NCBI GenBank assembly: GCA_964246635.1
Contig: CAXTRS010000002.1
Location: 15,066 to 47,065 of the forward strand
Source of the DNA: an uncultured Chthoniobacterales bacterium
GTDB lineage: Bacteria; Verrucomicrobiota; Verrucomicrobiia; Chthoniobacterales; SZAS-18
Length of the DNA stretch: 32,000 nt
Direction of reading: 5' to 3'
Both the position numbers and the translations under genes were made by a program. The notes beneath the pieces were generated by a model that had not been told where the DNA came from, ran no database searches, and saw nothing but the letters and a program-made list of their open reading frames with translations. Positions 25,190 through 32,000 of this stretch are shown one piece after another (position 1 is the stretch's first letter; the number at the start of each line of letters is the position of its first letter).

Positions 25190-27693
25190 ACGCAATCGCC
25201 TCTCATCCGCCGAAGCCGGCGCGCGGGCGGCGGTGGCTTCTGATCTTGCTTGCCGCGGTCGCAGCGCTGCTTTTGATAATCTGGGTTGGAGCGATGCTTT
25301 ACATGCGCGCCGCTGACGCGGAGTTCCTCGCGTTTCGCGATGCCGGTGTTGGAGTCAATAAATGCCTGAAATCCTTTGGACAGGCCGTTACCGATGCCGT
25401 CGCGTCGCAGAAGTTCGATGAGGTTGGCGGCTACTACGCCGCGGACTTCCAAGCGCCTGGGCGCGGACATTGGAAGCTCGCCGAGCCGATCGTTCACAAC
25501 GGGATTTCGTTTGAGTCACTGCAGAAAGTCGATTCCGTTGACTTCAACCGTGCAGCGGCTGCCGAGCACTGGAGCGCCTATCTGGCGGGCTTGGCAAAGG
25601 TGCAAAATTTCGAATGCAAGATCAATCTAGCCGAGGATATCCAACCAGGAAAAACGGCGCGGGTGACAGTAAAATATATCGTTGATGCGCTGGATCGCGC
25701 GGGGCGCCTGGTGCAGGATCGATTTTTTTTCCGCTGGTGGCTGCGCGTCAGCACCAACGGGCATGGATGGGAGATCGTGCGAGAGGAGTTGCTATCTGAT
25801 CCGGAGGTTTCGAATGTCCGAGTCACCGGCTCTGGCAACGGTTTTGAGCTCGTGGACCTGAAGAAGGCGGGGATCGATTACGTTCATCACCGCGACCCCA
25901 ACCTCGATCCGACGCGTCCGGGGGTAAACCTGAAGTTTCAAGTTATCGAGCACTCCCCCGGAGGCGTCGCCGTAGCCGATTTCGATGGCGACGGCTGGCC
26001 TGATATATTCTTTTGCGATGGAAAGCAAAGCCGCCTTTACCGCAACTTGGGGAGCGACGGAGCTGGAGGATGCAAGTTCGAGGACGTGACTCAACAGACT
26101 GGACTGAGCGGCATCGACCGCGCCACCTGCGCTTTGTTTGCGGATATCAATAATGACGGGCACAAAGACTTGTTCGTCGGGCGTTACGGCGCGCCGTGCC
26201 TTCTCTACATCAATAATGGCGATGGCACCTTCACAGAGCGCGGCCACGAAATGGGACTCGACCTGGTTCAGCCAGTAACTGCGGCCTGCCTGCTCGACTA
26301 CGACCATGACGGATTCATCGACCTCTACCTTGGCGTGAATGGCGATGCGGTGCACGAAGTGCCGCGCATTCCGTTTTTCGCCCGCAACGGCCTGCCAAAT
26401 CGGCTATACCGAAATCTGCAAGGCAGGGGCTTTCAAGATGTGACAGCGCAGGCAGGCGTAGGGGACACCGGCTGGAGCCTCGCTGTGTGCGCGGGCGACT
26501 TTGACGGGGACGGCTGGACGGATTTGGCCGTGGCCAATGACTTCGGGCGAAAGAGTCTCTACCGCAATAATCGCAACGGCACGTTTACAGAATGTGCCAA
26601 GGAGGCCGGAACGCTCGATTTTAGCGGGGGCATGGGAATTTGCATGGGCGACCTCGACGGCGACGGGTGGGCCGACCTCTATACATCGAATATCTATTCC
26701 AATCAGAGGTGGCTCGGCGAGGAGAAGGCGTTGCTGCAGTATGCTCGCAACACAGTTCGTTCCAGGTGGATATTTCGGGATTTCGGCGAATTTCGCGATC
26801 TCTACCAGATGGTAAACGGTGACTGGCGATCGGTGGGACGAATGGCCGGCGAGGGTAACTCGCTTTTCCGTAACAACCACGACGGCACTTTCCGCGAGCA
26901 GCGCGAAAGCTGCACCAACCGCGCCGGTTGGGGCTGGGGTGTCGCGCTCTTCGACGCGAATAACGATGGTCGGCTCGATATTTTCGCCGCGAACGGCTGG
27001 ATCACCGGTGAAAAAAAGGACGATCTCTGACTACCTTTCCTTAGCGGTGCGGTCGCACTGCTCGATGATTACAAGGACGGACGTTTCTTCGGCGAAGGTT
27101 TCGTCGCAAATAACTCGTGGAATGGCTGGGAGCGCAAGCTTCTCTTCCTCAATCTCGGTGATGGGAAATTTGACGACATCGCACGCGCCGCCGGCTGCGA
27201 CGACATCCGGGACGGCCGCGGAGTCGCAATCGCCGACCTGGACAAAGATGGCCGACCGGATGTGATCATCAACAACAACAATGCCGCACCGACCATCTAC
27301 CTGAACCGACTGCCGGCCACTGGAAACTGGTTTCGCTGCACCTTGGTCGGCGCAGCGGGGAAAGGCGGTAGTAACCGCGACGCCGTGGGAGCCCGCGCAA
27401 CGCTGCGCACCACGGTCGAAGGAGCACCGCGACAGACCGTCCGCTGGGTGGAAGCAGGCTCCGGTTATGCGGCGCAATCCGAAGTGACGCTTCATTTTGG
27501 CCTCGGCGATGCCCGGGTAATCGATGGGTTGACCATTGCCTGGCCTTCCGGCCTCACCCAGGAGATTACCGCTAAGGAATTGGAAGGCTTGGTAAATCGC
27601 GAGTGCATTATCGTGGAGAACCACGGGCTTACCCCGATTGGACAGACTGCTGGCGGGCATAACACCGCTGTGGCAACTCCGGCGCAGCACTAA
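25186..27693 (+). CDS. membrane-anchored CRTAC1/ASPIC-UnbV family FG-GAP (VCBS) repeat protein, paralogue 2; in-frame TGA at 27028 (predicted Sec, residue 615)
   Basis: ORFs 25186..27030 and 27262..27693 share a frame, with no stop in 27031..27261. That gap encodes conserved sequence (NLGDGKFDDIARAAGCDDIRDGRGVAIADLDKDGRPDVII). The architecture matches paralogue 1: a TM segment, FG-GAP repeats and a UnbV_ASPIC-like C-terminus (GNWFRCTLVGAAGKGGSNRDAVGARATL...GSGYAAQSEVTLHFGLG...IAWPSG). The ATG overlaps the paralogue 1 stop (ATGA). Confidence 0.8.
27028..27062 (+). promoter_or_regulatory. UGA plus SECIS-like hairpin (AGCGGUGC-GGUC-GCACUGCU) in paralogue 2
   Basis: The TGA is at 27028..27030. 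The 8-bp stem (including one G-U pair) spans 27043..27050 and 27055..27062. The GGUC loop is at 27051..27054, again starting 20 nt after the UGA. Confidence 0.7.
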
Positions 27694-27706
27694 GCGCGGT
27701 GGGCGC

Positions 27707-28684
27707 ATGGCCCCGCTCATGAATATCCACTCGCACGCGTTTGCGGCGATCGGGCGGCAACAGCGGGCGTTGGTGAGGCACATTCATCCACCGGTGCGCT
27801 CCGATGGCGATCCGCTGAGTCGGCAAATTGTCAACGAATTCGGCTTCGTGCCGGCGCCGGTCTTGTTGCACGATTGCACCGACGGGCTTTTCGCCGGCAG
27901 TTGGATGCTCCTGCGCGAGACGATGCTGGTCGGGACGGTGCCGCGTGCGGAGAAGGAATCCCTCAGCCTCGCGATTTCCCGCGCGAACCGATGCCCGTTC
28001 TGCGTCGAGAGCCACGGCATGGCGCTGGCGGCTCTACACGCGAAAGTAAATGGAAATTTAATGGAGGAGCGAGAGCGGTCGCCGGAGGAGAGATCGGAGA
28101 TTAATGGCACGACCGTGCTTTTCCATTACCTGAACCGAGTGGTGAACGTCTTTCTCGATGAATCTCCTCTGCCCCCGCTGCTGCGGCTTCGTGCCTGGCG
28201 ACCGGCTTGGCAGCGGATTGGCGGATGGACCTTCGCGCCGCTCGCTGCGGAACGACTTGTTCCCGGCGAATCTCTCGGCTTTCTGCCGGAAACTCCGCTT
28301 CCTCCAAATCTATCATGGGCGCAAGGGCAGCCCCATCTTGCCGGCGCTTTCGCGCGCTTTGCGGATGCGCTGGAAAATGCCGCGCGGACTGCTTTACCAC
28401 CCGCTACCCGTGAACTCGTTCAACGGCAAATCAATTCCTCCGTCATCGCCTCGACCGAAAATACCGAGGCATGGATAAGCGGCGCGACGTCCGGTCTGCC
28501 CGTCGATGACCGCCCGCTCGCGGTCCTTGCTCTGCTCGCTGCCTTCGCCTCCTACCGCGTCTCCCCCCAGCACATCGAGGCAGCGCGAGACGGCGGCGCA
28601 GATGACTCGACGCTGGTAACGACCGTTGCTTGGTCGGCCTTTACATTGGCCAAGATTCTCGGCACGATTTCGCCTACCTATTGA
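27707..28684 (+). CDS. AhpD-like / carboxymuconolactone decarboxylase (CMD) family CxxC redox protein
   Basis: Based on ORF 27638..28684; the start is probably ATG 27707, 13 nt after the upstream stop. It carries the AhpD-type motif RCPFCVESHG (CxxCxxxH). Confidence 0.65.
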   Translation: MAPLMNIHSHAFAAIGRQQRALVRHIHPPVRSDGDPLSRQIVNEFGFVPAPVLLHDCTDGLFAGSWMLLRETMLVGTVPRAEKESLSLAISRANRCPFCVESHGMALAALHAKVNGNLMEERERSPEERSEINGTTVLFHYLNRVVNVFLDESPLPPLLRLRAWRPAWQRIGGWTFAPLAAERLVPGESLGFLPETPLPPNLSWAQGQPHLAGAFARFADALENAARTALPPATRELVQRQINSSVIASTENTEAWISGATSGLPVDDRPLAVLALLAAFASYRVSPQHIEAARDGGADDSTLVTTVAWSAFTLAKILGTISPTY

Positions 28685-28687
28685 TCT

Positions 28688-29796
28688 TCAGCAGGAGTTA
28701 CGCACTGTGCGGTAGTGCGACCATGCTTTGGATGAAGGTGCAGATAGCTTGGTCAGCGCAGTGGCGCTTGAACTGATACCAAGAACCGATCTGCCCACCG
28801 CAGCGCTGTTCTTCGAGGTGCAGAAAAGCGCGGAGCGAACAGAAGAGATGGTTGGCGATGGCGCGCTTCCAGCGCACGAAAAAACGGCCCACGTGGCAGA
28901 CTGCCTTGAGCGCATGGTGGTGGCACTCGATCTGCCACTGCCGGCTGCGGATGCACCTGCAATGCGCGAAGGCGATCTTCATGCGCTTTTTTTTCGTGGG
29001 TCGAACTGCGCGTAGTGTCTCGCGGTGCCGTGTTTGTCCACCGTGCGAAACAGCGTCACAAAGCCGACCCGGCGCAGGTGCACCACCTTGCCCTTGGCAG
29101 GCAGCTCCAGCGCACAGACTGGCGCGTAGGCGTGCGGCGCTTCGCTGACCACGCGGTTGTTGTTCTCCAGGGCGATCAAGAAGCCCAGTCCCTGGTCTTT
29201 TAGGAACTTGAGGTTTTCCACGCCCGAATACCAACTGTCGGCCGTCACCGCCGCCGGGCGCAGGCCCCAGCCGAGCACTTCTGCGACCATCTCGCCAAAG
29301 AGCGCGTTCTTGGTCTTGGCTTCCGCCTTGTCCACGAGCCGGTAGTTGACCGGCGCCGAGAAGCCGCGCCGGTCGGTGTAGAGCAAGCTGACCAGGCAGA
29401 CGCCCTTGACGGCCGCGCCCGCCTTGCTGCTCCAGAAGTAGCCCACCAGGTCCACCTTGCCCTCCTGGCTGTAGGGCTTCTCCACGACCGTGTCATCGAC
29501 GCTGAGCGTGCCGCCGTCCAGGTCGATCAGCGCCCGGGCTTGCTCGAACAAGTCCTTGGGGCTGAAATGCTCGCGGTTCAAGAAGCGGTTGGCCGCATCG
29601 TGGGCGAAGGCTCCGCCGCTCACCTCGGCCAGCCGCACGCAGCCTGCGCTCTGGCTCTCGGCCAGCAGAAAGGCCGTGTAGTGCTCCAGCGTGCAGAGGG
29701 CCGTCGAGGGCTTGGCAAGCGTGCGCATAAAACGATCCCTCTAAAGTCGCCAGATTTTACTCGCTCTCAAGCGTCACGGTGCGTAACTCCTGTTCA
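28688..29796 (-). mobile_element. IS4/IS701-like insertion sequence (~1.1 kb) inserted 3 nt after the AhpD-like stop codon
   Basis: The terminal inverted repeats have a 14-bp perfect core: CAGGAGTTACGCAC (28692..28705) against GTGCGTAACTCCTG (29779..29792). They extend to ~18 bp with mismatches and enclose a DDE transposase gene. Confidence 0.7.
28698..29728 (-). pseudogene. IS4/IS701-like DDE transposase split by a frameshift at an A8 tract
   Basis: The N-terminal part is ORF 28979..29728 (DDTVVEKPYSQEG..., TADSWYSGVENLKFL). The C-terminal part is the end of ORF 28698..29234 (...RQWQIECHHHALKAVCH...). The two frames meet at CGAAAAAAAAGC, the minus-strand reading of the T8 run at 28987..28994. 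Confidence 0.65.
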
Positions 29797-29814
29797 GTTA
29801 AGTAAAGACTGAAT

Positions 29815-30648
29815 GTGAGAAGGGGAGTTTTGAGCCCTGCCAAAGCGCTTTGAGCAGGCCGGGGTTTTTGGCCGACGGTTTGTAGCTGGGCGCGCACGAC
29901 CTAGTCAAGATATTGGAGGTGTCGGTGCACGAAGATGGCCATGTGGCCATACTTGAGGTGACTCCATTGCAACTCCACTGGGTCAAGAGCCGGCGCATCA
30001 GCGGGCAGCCGCTCGAGGTGCAACCGAGAGTGGCGCGCGGATGAGCGGCCCCTTGTAGCTGCTGCCCCCGTCCTAGACGACGATTAGCCGGCCGCGCAGA
30101 TGTTTGAGCAGGTCACCCAAGAACTTCACCATGGTCACGGCTGTGACGCAGTGCTTGGGAGCTGTCAGAATAATAGAGGTCCAGCCGCGCCGCAGGGTCG
30201 AATGGCGGCGCCTCGTCGCGCTCCCGGGTCGGCTAGGCCGGCTTTTAGGCCGAGTGGCGGCGGGCAGTCAGCCACTCGGTCAAGTGATTGGCGTTGAAAT
30301 GGATGTCCCAGCGTTGCCGATGAGCGTGGCCAGCCGCCGGCTGATCCACAAGTCGGTGGGAAAACCAAAGCGTGTGGGCGGCCCGGCCACCCGGTCAAGC
30401 ACCGTCTGCTCTTGTCGGGCGGTGAGCTTGCGCAGTCTGCCGGGCGTGGGCTTGGCCCGAATGCCCTCGAGGCCGCTAGCCTTGCGATAGGCCGCCATCC
30501 AACGATTGACTGTGCCTTCGCTCACCCCAGAAAGGCGGCCACGGTGCGCTGCTTGTAGCTGGCCAGCAGCCGCTCGACGACCAGCCGTCTGCGCGCCTCC
30601 AGTTCTTGCGCGGTTCCTTGACTTATCATGTCGGGAACTTATGCTCAT
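29815..30648 (-). pseudogene. IS630-family transposase remnant (multiple frameshifts, stops and deletions)
   Basis: ORF 30280..30648 gives the HTH N-terminus (GVSEGTVNRWMAAYRKASGLEGIRAKPTPGRLRKLTARQEQTVLDRVAG...FGFPTDLW). Downstream frames hold fragments such as HFNANHLTEWL, RERDEA and LDPVELQWSHLKYGHMA, the IS630 C-terminal LNPVE..W..LK motif. Confidence 0.6.
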
Positions 30649-30692
30649 AAAGATCAGCCTAGCCAGCCTTTGCTTTCCTGAAGGTCAATAAC

Positions 30693-30806
30693 ATGCCCGA
30701 AGTCATAATCCCAAATTCGGAAATCTCGCCCGACAAACTGATCCTTCACGAGCTCGACGATAGCTACTCGTGGATGAAAACTTTGGGGCAATTTATGACC
30801 GCGTGA
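30693..30806 (+). CDS. hypothetical 37-aa ORF in an AT-richer pocket
   Basis: The ORF runs from ATG 30693 to TGA 30804 and reads MPEVIIPNSEISPDKLILHELDDSYSWMKTLGQFMTA. I recognised no homology, so this is only an ORF. Confidence 0.2.
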   Translation: MPEVIIPNSEISPDKLILHELDDSYSWMKTLGQFMTA

Positions 30807-30819
30807 TTACTCCTTCTTC

Positions 30820-31044
30820 GTGACTGCAAACGTTGCGATACTTGGATGGAAATTTACTAAAGGCGCGACGACAATCTTCCCCACCATCTGGATTGTCTTC
30901 TTCTATTTGCTAAGTGTGTTCGGAATGCTGGTTGTGATCCTGACAGCCGTTTTTCCGCTGCCCTTCATCCAAATAGGGTTTTCGTTGATGGCTTTTGGCC
31001 TCGTGGTGCTTTTAGTGATTTGGATCATGGCTGACCTTAGTTGA
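30820..31044 (+). CDS. hypothetical small membrane protein (two predicted TM helices)
   Basis: 74-aa ORF with a GTG start. The hydrophobic stretches are IFPTIWIVFFYLLSVFGMLVVILTAVF and IGFSLMAFGLVVLLVIWIM. Confidence 0.35.
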   Translation: MTANVAILGWKFTKGATTIFPTIWIVFFYLLSVFGMLVVILTAVFPLPFIQIGFSLMAFGLVVLLVIWIMADLS

Positions 31045-31077
31045 GCGACGACGCTGCGCGTGCGGAATAGCGGAGCA

Positions 31078-32000
31078 CTAATCCTCGCTTCTCGGGACGT
31101 AGAGCGTATGTGCGGACGTATATTCTTCGTAGCCGGCCCGCCCATTTTCATATCCCAAACCCGAGAATTTTAGACCGCCGAGCGGCACACCGGGGTCCGT
31201 GAGGCCATGGCGATTTATCCACACGGCGCCGCATTCCAACCGGTCTCCTAACGCCCCGGCGCGCTCGACATCCGCAGCCCAGATCGAACCACCGAGGCCA
31301 AAGTTCGTCGTATTGGCGCGCGCGAGAGCGTCCTCAGGATCGCTGAAGCGGAGAATCGGCAGGACCGGTCCGAACTGTTCATTCGCAACCAGCGGCGCTC
31401 TTTCGTCCAGATCCGTCACGAGCGTGGGCATAAAAAAATAACCGGGACCAGGCAAAGGCGAGCCACCGGCGAGAAACTCCGCATTCCGATTCCGCGCATC
31501 CTCAACAAGGGAGCGCACGCGCGCCAATTGAGAAGCATTATTCAACGGTCCAAGCTGGCTGGATGGTTCCAAGCCATTTCCGACACGGACGCTCTTCGCA
31601 ATCTTGACTAACTCGCGCACGAGCGGTTGATAGACTCGGTCATGCACGTAGAGGCGCTTGATCGCGAGGCAAACTTGGCCGCAGTTCTTGAAAGCGCTCC
31701 AGAAAATCGCCTCCACGATCTTCGTTGGATCGACGTCGTCCATCACGATCGCGGCATCGTTGCCGCCGAGTTCGAGCGTTATCCGTTTGAGGTCATCCGT
31801 CGCAGCGCGGGCGACGGCTTTGCCCGTCGCAATGGAGCCTGTCAGGGAAACCTTGCGCACATTCGGATGGGAGGAAAGCGCGGCGCCGAGGTCATCTCTC
31901 CCGGCGATCACGTTCACCACTCCGGCAGGCAGCACCTCGCGAAAAATCGCACCCATCTGAAGTGTCGTCAGCGGCGTAAATGGAGACGGCTTCAAAACGA
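31078..32000 (-). CDS. NAD(P)-dependent aldehyde dehydrogenase family protein, C-terminal ~305 aa; 5' end lies outside the window
   Basis: It carries the ALDH catalytic motifs ITLELGGNDAAIV (Glu) and FKNCGQVCLAIKR (Cys), plus EQFGPV. The frame stays open to nt 32000. Confidence 0.88.
   Translation of the reverse strand, partial: VLKPSPFTPLTTLQMGAIFREVLPAGVVNVIAGRDDLGAALSSHPNVRKVSLTGSIATGKAVARAATDDLKRITLELGGNDAAIVMDDVDPTKIVEAIFWSAFKNCGQVCLAIKRLYVHDRVYQPLVRELVKIAKSVRVGNGLEPSSQLGPLNNASQLARVRSLVEDARNRNAEFLAGGSPLPGPGYFFMPTLVTDLDERAPLVANEQFGPVLPILRFSDPEDALARANTTNFGLGGSIWAADVERAGALGDRLECGAVWINRHGLTDPGVPLGGLKFSGLGYENGRAGYEEYTSAHTLYVPRSED

Noticed and set aside
30804-30806. TGA ending the 37-aa ORF as a possible Sec codon (read-through gives ULLLLRDCKRCDTWMEIY)
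   Set aside because: There is no hairpin with a G/U-containing loop at suitable spacing, no recognisable family, and the extension is short. The ORF itself is doubtful.
1-32000. CRISPR arrays, rRNA genes, further tRNAs
   Set aside because: I noticed no regularly spaced direct repeats and no rRNA-like conserved blocks. The only tRNA-like TGGCGGAGAGGG...GGTTCGA signature is the tRNA-Sec at 12828..12926. This was a visual scan only.

Overview
High-GC bacterial window. Motifs such as WQQQYF...DYDYDGLVNLLEYALAKDP suggest a Verrucomicrobiota-like origin, but that is inference only. There are three blocks.

(1) Minus strand, 7223-13205: a complete selenocysteine (Sec) decoding operon. In order it holds a SelW-like UGA-containing small ORF, tRNA-Sec (UCA anticodon), a selD that itself needs UGA recoding, selA, a Tat-signal transglutaminase-like gene and selB.

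(2) Plus strand, 13565-28684: a ~15 kb operon with overlapping or near-abutting genes, diverging from block 1 across a 359-bp spacer.
- Its first part is an orphan discrete-enzyme polyketide/fatty-acid-like cluster: ACP, KS, catalytically dead KS/CLF, HMG-CoA-reductase-like (frameshifted), CrtI-like flavoprotein, FabZ-like dehydratase, flavin-halogenase-like and carotenoid-cleavage-oxygenase-like genes.
- It ends with two membrane-anchored CRTAC1/ASPIC-UnbV FG-GAP paralogues and an AhpD-like CxxC protein.

Top finding: both FG-GAP paralogues carry one in-frame TGA at the same alignment column. Each TGA is followed, exactly 20 nt later, by a hairpin capped with a GGUC loop that resembles a bacterial SECIS. 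This makes them a candidate new selenoprotein family that ORF callers split into fragments.

(3) Both flanks of this ~21 kb block are graveyards of mobile elements.
- Left: an IS3 fragment, a solo inverted repeat, a resolvase remnant, a second IS3 fragment and an ISL3 with perfect 30-bp IRs. These enclose a vanadium-haloperoxidase/PAP2-like gene.
- Right: an IS4/IS701-like element and an IS630 remnant.

The outer flanks carry a partial aconitase-family gene, a NIPSNAP-like gene and a partial aldehyde dehydrogenase. I saw no rRNA and no CRISPR array. All calls come from reading translations and motifs by eye; no database search was possible.
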